Assembly (NCBI GenBank): GCA_017396025.1
Contig: JAFQNF010000046.1
Coordinates: forward strand, 18,788 to 82,787
Direction: 5' to 3'
Length of the DNA stretch: 64,000 nt
DNA from: a bacterium
Lineage (GTDB): Bacteria; Cyanobacteriota; Vampirovibrionia; Gastranaerophilales; Gastranaerophilaceae
Within the stretch, counting starts at the first letter, position 1. Every line of letters starts with the position of its first letter. The translations under genes were made by a program, and so were the position numbers. The notes below the pieces were generated by a model. The model had not been told where the DNA came from and searched no databases. It saw nothing but the letters and a program-made list of their open reading frames with translations. Shown here one piece after another: positions 36,576 through 47,206 of this stretch.

Positions 36576-38039
36576 TTATAAATCGTTTCCACAATATGAA
36601 AGATTAAAACTCTTATTACATAATGGGAAATCTGAAATTCCATTATTTCTAACTGCCATAGCTAAAGCAAACCAATTATTGAAAGATGGGTCTTTTATTT
36701 TATAGCGAGACAAATTCCCCTGAGAATCTGTTAAAGCAATATGAACGACTTCACCTCTCCAACCTTCAGTAATCGAAATAACAAAACTATCTGGTTTTGA
36801 AGATGATACATATACATTCATAGGCTCATCATTATATGTTTCTAGTTTTGATAACAATTTTTTTATAATATGGAATGATTGTTTTATTTCCTTATATCTT
36901 AAACGAGTTCTTGAATAAACATCACCTTCTGCTTTTATTGTTCTGTTTTCAACATCTTGATACCACTTATCTGGAAAATCAAAACGAGAATCTAAATTAA
37001 TACCAGAAGCTTTTGCAGCCATACCAACAAGCCCTAAACTTTTTGCTTGTTCTTCACTTACAACACCAGTTTTTTCAAGTCTAGAAGAAACTGTAGGCGA
37101 TTTAAGCATTGTTTTAATTGTTCTTTCAACATCTGTTGCTACTTTATTTAAAACTGAAACAATTTTTTCTGATAACTGTTTATCAATATCAAAATTAACA
37201 CCACCAGTCGTAATTAAGCCACGACCAAAACGGCTTCCTGATATTTCTAACATTGTGTTAATAACTAAAGTTCTTGTTGCTCCAAAAATAGATGCACCCA
37301 TTAAATAAGCAATATCACCAGCAATTGCACCTAAATCACCAATATGTATTGCACTTCTTTCCATTTCTAATGCAATTAGCCTAATCAACTGTGCTTTATT
37401 AGAAATTTCACAATCTCCCAAAGCTTCCATTGCATTTGAATATGCTAAATTGTATGCAATTACGCTATCTCCACAAATAGATTCTGCTAATTGATTTGAA
37501 GGCGAAGATATCATTAATTCTTCAACACCTCTATGTTGCCAACCAAGTTGAATTTCTAAATCATATATTTTTTCACCATGACACATAAATCTAAAATGAC
37601 CTGGTTCAATAACACCTGCGTGAATTGGTCCTACTGCAACTTGGTGAACTTCATCCCCTTCCATTTCAAAAAATTTATAATCATTTTTATGATTTCTCAT
37701 TGGTTTTAACCAAGGATGATTTTTTGGTTCAATTCCAAATTCTTCATAAAATTCACGCTCAAACACATGAAAAGCAGGAATTTCTTGTGTAATAGATTCA
37801 TATTCTTTCTCTTCTTTTGCAAAAACAGAAGATGAAATATAAAGTTTGCCTTCTATATCATCAGCCATTACAACAAATAATCGAACATTTTCTTCTTCTT
37901 GCTTACCAAAGAATCCAATAACTCTTTTGTTGATTTTAATTATTTCCTCTCTTAAATTTGGAAAATTTAAAACAGGAATTTCTGATATATTAACTCTTTT
38001 TTTATTTTCTGTAATTAACCAATTCATAATTAAACTCAC
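36576..38039 (-). CDS. NuoC-NuoD fusion / HycE-like large subunit lacking canonical NiFe ligands
   Basis: NuoC-like FEREFYEEFGIEPKNHPWLKP. NuoD/HycE-like GPIHAGVIEPGHFRF and WQHRGVEEL. The L1 motif reads CGDSVIAY (canonical CGIC...H). The C-terminus NLSYCGNDL replaces DPCxxCxxR. Confidence 0.8.
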   Translation of the reverse strand: MSLIMNWLITENKKRVNISEIPVLNFPNLREEIIKINKRVIGFFGKQEEENVRLFVVMADDIEGKLYISSSVFAKEEKEYESITQEIPAFHVFEREFYEEFGIEPKNHPWLKPMRNHKNDYKFFEMEGDEVHQVAVGPIHAGVIEPGHFRFMCHGEKIYDLEIQLGWQHRGVEELMISSPSNQLAESICGDSVIAYNLAYSNAMEALGDCEISNKAQLIRLIALEMERSAIHIGDLGAIAGDIAYLMGASIFGATRTLVINTMLEISGSRFGRGLITTGGVNFDIDKQLSEKIVSVLNKVATDVERTIKTMLKSPTVSSRLEKTGVVSEEQAKSLGLVGMAAKASGINLDSRFDFPDKWYQDVENRTIKAEGDVYSRTRLRYKEIKQSFHIIKKLLSKLETYNDEPMNVYVSSSKPDSFVISITEGWRGEVVHIALTDSQGNLSRYKIKDPSFNNWFALAMAVRNNGISDFPLCNKSFNLSYCGNDL

Positions 38040-39474
38040 AGTCCTAAAATACTTAATTGTATTAATTCATTTAAATGCAACGGAATATATATTCCAAGGA
38101 TAAAAGCAATAACTAAAAGACATACTTGAGGCGCATACATAGAGAATGTAAGCTCTTTTGTTTTTTCTATTAATAAATCTTTTTTATCCAATGAGATTTC
38201 ACCATAGCACATTTTTAAAACAGCTTTAGCAAGTCCATACAATATGATTGTCAAAAGAACCAAAAATGCTATACATAAGAAATATTGTTCTTTTTGAATC
38301 ATAGTTTGAACCATCAAAAATTCTGAAATAAAAAGAACTGATGGAGGGAACGCTGTAATTCCAATCATTGATAATACCCACAACCAACCAGTCTTCTTAT
38401 CAACAGATAAAAGCCCATTAATTTTTTTTATCTTTTTTGTTCCATAAATTTCTAAAATATTGCCAGATGTTAGGAAGAATGCTGCTTTTATCAATGAATG
38501 TCCAACAAGATGAACTACAGCAGCAAACATACCAACACCACCAAGAGCACATCCAATAACTAAAATACCCATATTTTCGATAGATGAATAAGCAAGCATC
38601 CTTTATAATTATTAATATGGTAAATAAATACAGCTGCAACAAACAAGGATAAAAAGCCCATAACAAACATCATTATTCTTGCATAACTATCACATTGTGC
38701 AGCAACCATAATATTAAATACTTTTAAAATTACAAAAAATGCAGAATTTAAAAGTGTTGCAGATAATAATGCAGAAGCTGGTGATGGTGCTTCAGAGTGT
38801 GCATCAGGCAACCAAAAATGAACAGGTGCTAGTCCCATTTTTGTACCAAAACCAAACAAAATAAAAATAAAAGATAACTTCAACCAAAAATGATTAAAAG
38901 TTTGTGCATTTAAAATCAAGTCATAGAAATTAAGAGAATTTAAATCACCAGTGGCAATTGAAAGTATAATTATTCCAACAAATGCAAGCGCAATACCAAT
39001 AGAGCATATGAATACATATTTCCAAGCCGCTTCTATTGAAGTTTTTGTTTTGGAAAAATAAATCAAATAAGCACTAGCCAGCGTTGTTGCTTCAACTAAA
39101 ACCCAGGATAAACCAAGATTATTACTTACAATTACACCGGTCATTGCCATTACAAAGATTAATAACATATATGTATAATGTCTTTTTCTTCGAACAGCGA
39201 CATCTTCTAAATTCATATAACGTTTGTTATAAATTGCAACAGCAAGGAAAATAACTGATAAAACCATTAAAAATATCACATTAGAATTATCTATATGACA
39301 ATATCTATCAGTAAAACGCGCTGTCTCATTTATAAAATAATATCCGCTAACAATAAAATGTATTATTGCATATACAATCACGAAAAAATTATTTAATTTT
39401 TCTTGTTTAAATAAAAACAACAAAATACAAGCTAATATTGGCAATACTAAAAGCAAATTAATCATCATATTCAC
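38036..39474 (-). pseudogene. NuoN/HyfF-like antiporter subunit, interrupted by a 1-nt frameshift
   Basis: ORFs 38560-39474 (N-terminal part: GTKMGLAPVHFWLPDAHSEAPSPASALLSA) and 38036-38599 (C-terminal part: MLAYSSIENMG...HLVGHSLIKAAFF) are consecutive parts of one protein. Adding one A to the AAA run at 38602-38604 restores ...NNYKRMLAYSSIENMG... Confidence 0.7.
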
Positions 39475-40108
39475 AATCCCTCAAATCAGATAAATGAGAT
39501 ACTTCTAAATCATCAAATTTGGTATTTATATGTTTTACAAGTAAGCCCAAAATAAATACCGCAATAAATAAATCAAGAAGTACGCCAAGATTAACTATCA
39601 TTGGCATTTCTTTTGCAACGGATAAAGAAAGCAAGAAAATACCATTTTCCATTGTAATAAAATCAATTACATTGGAAACAACTTTATGTTTTACAGTAAT
39701 TAAAATCAAACTAATTATAATTACAGCAATTGAAACACCAAAATACAATGGATTAATCATCTTCATTGCTGGCATGTTAATACTTGAAACTAAAAAACCA
39801 GCAAAAAGAATTACAGTCGCAATAAATAAGCTATAAAAGTGATGAATATTCGCTTCTGTATCTCTATATTCTTTTGTACGTTTAATCAATCCACCTAAAA
39901 AAGTTGGTATAATAACAGATTTAATTAGTAATGTTTCAAATGCAATGAACAATAAATTGAATACAGAAAACTCATTCATTCCCAAAACACAAATCAAAAA
40001 CAATAATATACCTTGCAAAACAAGAACATTTACATGAGCAGCCAATCTACTTGTAGCTGCAACATATAACATTGTAAAACCAAATAATATTATAAATGCA
40101 TTTTCCAT
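39458..40108 (-). CDS. HyfE-like small membrane subunit (NuoK-related)
   Basis: 216 aa, about 7 TM helices, positioned as in hyf operons. Assignment rests on size and context. Confidence 0.65.
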   Translation of the reverse strand: MENAFIILFGFTMLYVAATSRLAAHVNVLVLQGILLFLICVLGMNEFSVFNLLFIAFETLLIKSVIIPTFLGGLIKRTKEYRDTEANIHHFYSLFIATVILFAGFLVSSINMPAMKMINPLYFGVSIAVIIISLILITVKHKVVSNVIDFITMENGIFLLSLSVAKEMPMIVNLGVLLDLFIAVFILGLLVKHINTKFDDLEVSHLSDLRDCEYDD

Positions 40109-40111
40109 AGT

Positions 40112-41035
40112 TTAACCACCATAAATCCTAATTGTAATCAAAGATAAAATAACTAGCGCCACAGCCGACATTGCAAAAACGAACTCAAAAACATGCGACA
40201 TTCTAAATCTTGCAATAGCAGATTCTATTGTACCAATTAGAAATGCAATGAACATTAATAATACAATATACAAAGCAATTGAAATTCCGAATGGTAGATT
40301 ATAAGGAATTACAAGATTTGCAATTATGGACGAAATCAAAACCATTTTAATTGCACTAGCCCAGCTTAAAAAAGCCAAATCACAACCAGAGTTATCTAGA
40401 ATCATTACTTCATGAATCATTGTAAGTTCCAAGTGTGTTGCTGGGTCATCAACAGGAACTCTAGATGTTTCTGTAAGCAACATTATCATTAACGCAACAA
40501 CAGCAAGTATAATAATACAAAGACCTAAAATATCAGCATTATATAAAAATACATTTAAACTTTGGAACGTATAAAAACCAGCAACCGCACCAATAGATGC
40601 CATTATTATAAAAAATGCAGGTTCAATCAATGAAGTAAAACAAGCTTCTCTTGATGCACCCATACCTTCAAAACTACTACCTGTATCCATCGCACTAATT
40701 ACGGCGAAAAACTTACCAAGTCCTAATATATAAGCAAAAACAATAAAAGCAAAATCAATGTTTATAATACTAAAGCCCATAACTGTTGGAACAAATAAGC
40801 CTGCTGTTATAGAAGTTGCTAGCGCAATAACGGGCGCAAGCTTGAATACAAATGAGGTTGTTGAACTAACAACAGGCTGTTTTTTTAATAATCTTACAAA
40901 ATCATACAGAGGTTGTAATAACACAACACCTTTTCTTCCACCCCAAAATGCTTTTGTTTTTTTTATAATTCCAAGCATTATAAAAGGAAAGAATAAAATT
41001 AATATCAAATTTAATAAAATAAGCAATATAATCAT
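40112..41035 (-). CDS. NuoH/HycD-like membrane subunit
   Basis: 307 aa, multi-pass. GGRKGVVLLQPLYDFVRLLKKQ is typical of the NuoH/HycD N-terminal region. Confidence 0.8.
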   Translation of the reverse strand: MIILLILLNLILILFFPFIMLGIIKKTKAFWGGRKGVVLLQPLYDFVRLLKKQPVVSSTTSFVFKLAPVIALATSITAGLFVPTVMGFSIINIDFAFIVFAYILGLGKFFAVISAMDTGSSFEGMGASREACFTSLIEPAFFIIMASIGAVAGFYTFQSLNVFLYNADILGLCIIILAVVALMIMLLTETSRVPVDDPATHLELTMIHEVMILDNSGCDLAFLSWASAIKMVLISSIIANLVIPYNLPFGISIALYIVLLMFIAFLIGTIESAIARFRMSHVFEFVFAMSAVALVILSLITIRIYGG

Positions 41036-43014
41036 CCTAAAAATACCACTCCTACTAGCGCTAAAATTAAGAATATTAATCCATACAAAATATAATGTTG
41101 AATATTTCCATCTTGAAGACGTTCAAACTTTGACAAGAATTTTTCATCAAATTTAACTATAGGATTAATTAGGTATGCTTCTTCTACATCTTCAATCGAT
41201 GAATTATAATGAGCATCCTTAGGGAACAATCCTTTTGGTTTTTTTACATCAAATATTTTTTTAAATAATGGAGTCATTATTGAAGAAAATGGACCAATAT
41301 ATGATGAAGCTGTGTATTGAATATGATTATTTCCTTTATCATATCCACATCCCCAAGTATTATAAACAATAGACTTTCTGCAAATTAGCATTCTAACAAC
41401 ATAAACTATTACAAAAATTAGAATAAACAATCCAAAACAAAGGAATAATTTAACAAGAACAGAAAGTATTGCAACGAAATCTGTATAGAAATATTGAACA
41501 CCAACAAAATCGGCAACTGAACAAGAAACAGGAACAAAGACAATTGGTGCACTTATACCAATAAGCAATGTTAATAATGCTAAACAACCCATTGGAATCA
41601 ACATTGTCTTAGAAACATCCGCATCTACTTTTTGGCTACATTCATGTCGTGGCAAGCCTAGAAATGTAATTGAAAATATTTTTGTAAAACATAATAAAGC
41701 TAAAGTTCCAACAAGAGCCAATCCAGCTGCTGACAATATAATTAGTATAAATAAGCCAGAAGTATCCATTTTTAATGAACCAAATAAGCCTAAATAGATT
41801 AAGAATTCGCCAATAAACCCGTTAAAAGGAGGCAATGCACAAATAGAAAGACAAGCGATTAAGAAAAATACTGCAGTCTTCGGCATTGATTTTATAAGCC
41901 CACCTAATTTTTCAATATTTTTAGTATGAGTTTTCAAATAAACACTACCTGCGCCCATAAATAATAATGACTTAAATATTGAGTGATTCAAAATATGGAA
42001 AATAGCACCAGAGAAGCCAAGCAATGTAACAACCGAATTATTGTAGAACATTCCTATCATTCCAACACCAATCCCAATACCTGCAATACCAATATTTTCT
42101 ACAGAGGAATATGCCAAAATCTTTTTAATATCTTTTTGAGTAACAGCATAAACTATTCCATACAACGCTGTTAATACAGAAACACAAAGCATAAAAAATG
42201 CAATTAAGGCCGTTGGCTTATCTATAATTAATAAGACTCTTAAAATACCATATAGTCCTGTCTTAATCATAACAGCAGACATAATTGCAGAAACATGGCT
42301 AGGTGCAACAGGATGTGCATCAGGTAACCAATTGTGCATTGGAACAAAACCAGCTTTTGTTCCAAATCCTAAAAATGCCAAGAAAAATATAATATCTTTC
42401 AAATAAGGTTTTTCAATAAAAATTGTTTTAAATGTTTCAAAGTCATAACTTCCTGCCTTAACAGACATCAAAGCCATTAATGCAATAATAAATACTACAG
42501 ATATATGCATATAAATTAAATACTTAATACCAGCAGATAAAACTTCTTTTTTATCATCTTCAAAAATAACAAGAAAGAAAGAAGATAAAGACATTAATTC
42601 CCATACAACTAAGAAAAATAATGCATTCTGCACTACTGTAACAAGAAGCATAGATGCTGTTAACATTGGTAAAAAGAAACAATGAGATGCAAATTTTTTA
42701 GATTTGCCCTCATACGGTTTCATATATCCATTTGAATATAAAACACCTAAAAAACTAACGAATGAAATTATAATTATAAAGAAAGCACTTAAAATATCTA
42801 TTACAAACGGAACTTCTCCGAAAACACCATTCCAATTACAAATCAATCCTTCTGGCAACCCCAAAAGCAAAGTTTTAAACGCTGGAATAATTGCAAATAT
42901 AGAAGCAAAAAAAGACAATACAGTTATCATTTTTAACTTTATATTTTCTCGACAAAAAAGCGAAAACACTCCGCTTAAAACGAATAATAAAATCCCTATA
43001 AAAAATATTTCCAT
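41032..43014 (-). CDS. NuoL/HyfB-like antiporter subunit
   Basis: 660 aa. GTKAGFVPMHNWLPDAHPVAPSHVSAIMSA and ILAYSSVENIG...HILNHSIFKSLLFMGAGS. Confidence 0.85.
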   Translation of the reverse strand: MEIFFIGILLFVLSGVFSLFCRENIKLKMITVLSFFASIFAIIPAFKTLLLGLPEGLICNWNGVFGEVPFVIDILSAFFIIIISFVSFLGVLYSNGYMKPYEGKSKKFASHCFFLPMLTASMLLVTVVQNALFFLVVWELMSLSSFFLVIFEDDKKEVLSAGIKYLIYMHISVVFIIALMALMSVKAGSYDFETFKTIFIEKPYLKDIIFFLAFLGFGTKAGFVPMHNWLPDAHPVAPSHVSAIMSAVMIKTGLYGILRVLLIIDKPTALIAFFMLCVSVLTALYGIVYAVTQKDIKKILAYSSVENIGIAGIGIGVGMIGMFYNNSVVTLLGFSGAIFHILNHSIFKSLLFMGAGSVYLKTHTKNIEKLGGLIKSMPKTAVFFLIACLSICALPPFNGFIGEFLIYLGLFGSLKMDTSGLFILIILSAAGLALVGTLALLCFTKIFSITFLGLPRHECSQKVDADVSKTMLIPMGCLALLTLLIGISAPIVFVPVSCSVADFVGVQYFYTDFVAILSVLVKLFLCFGLFILIFVIVYVVRMLICRKSIVYNTWGCGYDKGNNHIQYTASSYIGPFSSIMTPLFKKIFDVKKPKGLFPKDAHYNSSIEDVEEAYLINPIVKFDEKFLSKFERLQDGNIQHYILYGLIFLILALVGVVFLG

Positions 43015-43089
43015 AACTCTCTTCTGTTATTTTGTTTCAACTAACAGCTTAATTATTACGCTAATAAAAATTTAATACAAGCAAATTTT

Positions 43090-43746
43090 TCAAAAAATAA
43101 AAACACATATTACAGTTGTTAATATTCCAATTACAATCAATGCTAAAGTAGCCAAAACAACTTGTTTTGGGCGTTTCTTCTCAATGCAAGTTGACGTACC
43201 AAGAACATGGCTTGTAGAACCAATTGCAAGTCCCGTTGCAATATCACTTTTTATCTTAAAAACTTTTAAGATTTTATGACTAAACACTGCACCATAAATA
43301 CCAGTCAAACAAACAAAACAAGCTGTAAGTTCGGGAATACCACCAATTGCCTTTGATATTTCTATAGCAATTGGCGTTGTTACAGTCTTAGGCATTAATG
43401 ATGTTATAAGCTGCCAATCTACATGAAAAATTTTTCCCAAAACTATTGTTGTAATAATAGCTGTAACTACGGAAATAACGAACCCAAAATAAATTGCTCT
43501 CTTATTTTTTAGTAAAATTTTAGCGTTATCAGATAGTGGAAGTGCAAGTGCAATAGTTGCTGGGCCAAGCAATAAAGTTAAGAAACAAGCAGATTCATTA
43601 TATGAATTATAATCAATTTTAAATGTACATAAAATAACAATCAAAATTATACTTGTCATCATCATTGCTGGAATTTTAATACACTTAATTCTTTTTACAA
43701 CTTCAAAAATTAAGATAGTTAAAATAAGTCCCCAAACGTTAATCAT
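43090..43746 (-). CDS. lrgB: LrgB-like membrane protein
   Basis: 218 aa, multi-pass. PKTVTTPIAIEIS and GSTSHVLGTS are typical of LrgB/CidB. It overlaps the upstream lrgA-like gene. Confidence 0.8.
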   Translation of the reverse strand: MINVWGLILTILIFEVVKRIKCIKIPAMMMTSIILIVILCTFKIDYNSYNESACFLTLLLGPATIALALPLSDNAKILLKNKRAIYFGFVISVVTAIITTIVLGKIFHVDWQLITSLMPKTVTTPIAIEISKAIGGIPELTACFVCLTGIYGAVFSHKILKVFKIKSDIATGLAIGSTSHVLGTSTCIEKKRPKQVVLATLALIVIGILTTVICVFIF

Positions 43747-44131
43747 TTTTCAATTTCCTCATTTTTTGGAGCCTTACAAATTTTATAACATTTTCTACAA
43801 AGATTGCTGTTAAAAGTAAAGTAAGAGTCGTTGTAACAACAACATTAATTAATATTGGAATTAAATTTTTTTCAATAACACCATAATATGTAATAATACC
43901 AACAGCTAAAGGAACAAAAAGTAATGGCATATATTTAAGAATACAGTCGCAAATATCCTTAATCCACTCACGTTTAAGGAAATTCAATTGCAATAACAAA
44001 AACATAACAATAATACCCAATATCGGTGCAGGAAATGGAATATTTGAAAATTTCACAAATAAATTACACATAAACTGAATTGTGCAAAGTATAACAAAAC
44101 CTATTAAACATCTTAAAACTCGGCTAATCAT
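43739..44131 (-). CDS. lrgA: LrgA/CidA holin-like protein
   Basis: 130 aa, 4 TM helices, immediately upstream of lrgB and overlapping it. Confidence 0.7.
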   Translation of the reverse strand: MISRVLRCLIGFVILCTIQFMCNLFVKFSNIPFPAPILGIIVMFLLLQLNFLKREWIKDICDCILKYMPLLFVPLAVGIITYYGVIEKNLIPILINVVVTTTLTLLLTAIFVENVIKFVRLQKMRKLKND

Positions 44132-44153
44132 AAAATTATGTTAGCACGAAAAT

Positions 44154-44891
44154 TTATTTAACAGTAAATGTAGCAGTTACTGTTGCAACAACTTTTTTCT
44201 CAACAGCGGTTGTATCATTAATTCCATAGTCATTTACTTCTGTTGAATCAACTGGAACAATTTGAAATACACCCATTCTTGCAGAATTCATAACGCCAAT
44301 TTTACCATTTGTACCAGAAACAATGCTTTCGGCTCTTAATTTAGCGTTTTTTGAAGCTTCTCCAACCATTTGAATTTTAATATCATCTAAATTAGAAACA
44401 AAATACTGGATTCTTTCTGCATTCAAATTAATATCTTTATTAACAAGCTCATCAACTTTTTTTGACATTTCTGTAAATTTATTTATATCGTTAGATTTTA
44501 CAGTAACACTTTGATAAACAGTATATGTATCAACATCATTAGACGTATGTCCATTAGGCAATCTTTTATAATTTTCATAACTATTTATTGATGAAAAAGA
44601 AATATCATTTTCTTCTATACCATTTACAATCAAAAATTCTTTTATTAACTTTGCATCAGAATTTAGTTTTGCATATCCATCCTTAAGCAAAGGTTGTTTT
44701 GTTCTAAAATTAATAGTCCAAGAAGCACTATCAGATGTTACCTTTTGGCTTGCACTACCGGTAACTCTTATTGTTTGATTTTGCAATTTTTGAAATTCAA
44801 CAACAGATTTAGATAAAATCCATGTTGAACAAACACTACCCAAAGCAATTAATAATCCCAATATAACAATCTGATAATCTTTAATTTGCAT
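44154..44891 (-). CDS. SIMPL/DUF541-family periplasmic protein
   Basis: 245 aa with an N-terminal anchor. IRVTGSASQKVTSDSA... and the C-terminal VVATVTATFTV fit the SIMPL layout. Confidence 0.65.
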   Translation of the reverse strand: MQIKDYQIVILGLLIALGSVCSTWILSKSVVEFQKLQNQTIRVTGSASQKVTSDSASWTINFRTKQPLLKDGYAKLNSDAKLIKEFLIVNGIEENDISFSSINSYENYKRLPNGHTSNDVDTYTVYQSVTVKSNDINKFTEMSKKVDELVNKDINLNAERIQYFVSNLDDIKIQMVGEASKNAKLRAESIVSGTNGKIGVMNSARMGVFQIVPVDSTEVNDYGINDTTAVEKKVVATVTATFTVK

Positions 44892-44902
44892 ATAAATATC
44901 CT

Positions 44903-45994
44903 TCAGTCAAACATTAAACTGTACAATCTAGGTGTAAAATTATCTTTATATTTCATACATAGAGGATTTCTTAAAACCTTTTTTAAATCTTCATGCAAAG
45001 GATGATCTGGTTCAACAATAAAGTCATTATCTAAAGCAGTATAATTATATTGAACCTGCCGCAATTCCCAAAAAAATGGACGAGCACCAAAATGTTCTGC
45101 CATTCCTATAAAATCTGGTATTTCTTTGTAATTGACTGCAGATACAACAAAATGAAGAAAAAACATAAAACTATGTTTTTCTCGAGCCAAAGACAAAAAT
45201 TTAAGATTTTCCAAAATAACAGGAAAAAATTTCTCGCCATTTTGAACTATTTTCGAATAAGTTTCTGCAGTTGCAGCATGAATAGAAACCCTTATTGCAT
45301 ATATACGATCAAGTGAAATTTTTAACTGTTTCAACATATTCTCAGTACAAAGAATACCATTTGTTTGGAAATCAAATTTTATATGCTTATACTTTTTTGC
45401 AACTTTTTCTGCTAGTAAACGACTATGTCTTGAAGCAAAAGGATCACCTTTTACATTAACCTCTAATACTTGAACATCATTAAGAAGTGGTATAAGCAAA
45501 GAATCTATTCTAGAATTAAACAATTGTAATTCTTCATCAGAAAGACAAATAATTTTATCTCTACACATTTTACAAGCGATGTTACATTCAGAATCATATC
45601 CAAGCTTAACAGAAACTGGACTTTTTTTCATATGAATTTGAAAAGAGGGATGATCTTTCTTCCAAAAAGATTTTTTTAAAGTTCTTTTTGAAAGAGGAAA
45701 CAACTGCCTTTTACAATATGGACAAGAATTCTTATCACATAAAGAATAATCTTTATTTAAAATTCTTTTCCTAAGTTCCTTTACACGTTCCGGATTCCAA
45801 ATTTCTTCATAATTATCAGAAAATATGTTTCCAATCGAATAAAAATTATTCCAATTAGGGCAACAACAATATACATCACCATTTGAACCAACTTCAAAAG
45901 TTTCAAATGGCAACGTACAAATATGTTCAAAACGTTCTTTATTTTCTGAAAAATTGCTATTCAAGCTCATCTGTTTCTTCAGCCCCAGCTTCAT
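44903..45994 (-). CDS. Radical SAM enzyme with an N-terminal SPASM/twitch-like Cys module (paralog 3 of 3)
   Basis: ICTLPFETFEVGSNGDVYCCCPNW...SIGNIF...EIWNP...SLCDKNSCPYC, then CNIACKMC, KGDPF, TNGIL and IRVSIHAAT. The start may be the internal Met at 45970. It overlaps the nusA stop region. Confidence 0.75.
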   Translation of the reverse strand: MKLGLKKQMSLNSNFSENKERFEHICTLPFETFEVGSNGDVYCCCPNWNNFYSIGNIFSDNYEEIWNPERVKELRKRILNKDYSLCDKNSCPYCKRQLFPLSKRTLKKSFWKKDHPSFQIHMKKSPVSVKLGYDSECNIACKMCRDKIICLSDEELQLFNSRIDSLLIPLLNDVQVLEVNVKGDPFASRHSRLLAEKVAKKYKHIKFDFQTNGILCTENMLKQLKISLDRIYAIRVSIHAATAETYSKIVQNGEKFFPVILENLKFLSLAREKHSFMFFLHFVVSAVNYKEIPDFIGMAEHFGARPFFWELRQVQYNYTALDNDFIVEPDHPLHEDLKKVLRNPLCMKYKDNFTPRLYSLMFD

Positions 45995-47195
45995 CGTTTT
46001 CGAATGCTGCTACATCTTCTTCATCCATAGCATATTCTTCTTCTTCACGAATTTCTTCAGCAATTTCATCAACTTCATCTTCAACAACGTCTTCTTCATA
46101 GTCATCTTGATGTTGAGCGTGTGGAGCATATTCCATTTTTGCTGCTTGAGATTCACTCTTAATATCTATCTTCCAGCCTGTTAATTTGTGAGCCAATCTT
46201 ACATTTTGACCGTCACGACCAATAGCTAAGCTTAATTGATCATCTGGAACGATAACAAAAGCTTCTCTTGAATATTCATCATCAGCTAATATATCTACAG
46301 AAACAATTCTTGCTGGAGATAATGCGTTTACAATGTATTCAACAGGGTTTTCGCTATATCTTACAATATCAATTTTTTCATTTTTAAGTTCGCCAATGAT
46401 AGTTTGAATTCTGCTACCTCTTGGTCCGATACAAGCACCTACTGAATCTACGTCTGGATCATTACTTGTAACTGCAATTTTTGTTCTGTAACCAGCTTCA
46501 CGAGAAATTGATTTAATTTCAACAATTCCATCTTCAATTTCTGGAACTTCAAGTTCAAATAATTCTCTAACAATTTCAGCGTGTGCATGAGAAACAATAA
46601 CTTGAGGTAATCTTGATGTTTCTTTTACGTTAAGAACAAATACTCTGATTCTGTTGCCAGATTTATAGTATTCACCAGGAATTTGTTCTTTTTGAGGCAT
46701 AATCGCATCTGTTTTACCGATGTTTACGATTACGTTTCTATTTTCAACACGTTGAATGATACCAGTTGTTAGAGTACCTTTCTTTTCCATAAATTCATCA
46801 AGAACAAGTTTTCTTTCAGCTTCTCTAATTCTTTGAGTAATAACTTGTTTTGCACTTTGAGCTGCAATACGACCAAAGTTTTCAGGAGTTACTTCAATTT
46901 TAACTTCGTCTTCTAATTCAACTTCGTCATCAAGTTCTTTTGCATCTTCTAAAGAAATTTCTAAATCTGCATCTTGTACTTCTTCAACAACTAATTTTGT
47001 TCTGAATACACCGATTTCACCAGATTGTTCATCTAAAATAGCTTCAACATTTGGAACTTCTTTTTGTTTTAAATGTTTTTTATAAGCTGTAACCATAGCA
47101 TCACATAAAGAAGCAATAATAACATCTTTAGATATGCCTTTTTCTCTTTCAAGTTCTTCACAAGCTTCAAATAACGCTGTTCCGATTTTAATCAT
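45957..47195 (-). CDS. nusA: Transcription termination/antitermination factor NusA
   Basis: 412 aa. S1 domain (TGIIQRVENRNVIVNIG) and KH domains (GACIGPRGSRIQ, AIGRDGQNVRLA). Acidic D/E-rich C-terminal tail. Confidence 0.95.
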   Translation of the reverse strand: MIKIGTALFEACEELEREKGISKDVIIASLCDAMVTAYKKHLKQKEVPNVEAILDEQSGEIGVFRTKLVVEEVQDADLEISLEDAKELDDEVELEDEVKIEVTPENFGRIAAQSAKQVITQRIREAERKLVLDEFMEKKGTLTTGIIQRVENRNVIVNIGKTDAIMPQKEQIPGEYYKSGNRIRVFVLNVKETSRLPQVIVSHAHAEIVRELFELEVPEIEDGIVEIKSISREAGYRTKIAVTSNDPDVDSVGACIGPRGSRIQTIIGELKNEKIDIVRYSENPVEYIVNALSPARIVSVDILADDEYSREAFVIVPDDQLSLAIGRDGQNVRLAHKLTGWKIDIKSESQAAKMEYAPHAQHQDDYEEDVVEDEVDEIAEEIREEEEYAMDEEDVAAFENDEAGAEETDELE

Positions 47196-47206
47196 TGTGT
47201 CCTCTC

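Noticed and set aside
38418-38666. 82-aa minus-strand ORF across the HyfF-like frameshift site
   Set aside because: It is the third frame through the same membrane-protein gene. The two flanking ORFs already account for the full antiporter-like protein with a 1-nt shift.
45957-46110. GAA/GAT-rich low-complexity DNA, considered as a possible microsatellite or separate acidic peptide gene
   Set aside because: It is in frame with NusA and is contiguous with it as an acidic C-terminal tail. The plus-strand ORFs at 45883-46101 and 45954-46184 are shadows of it.
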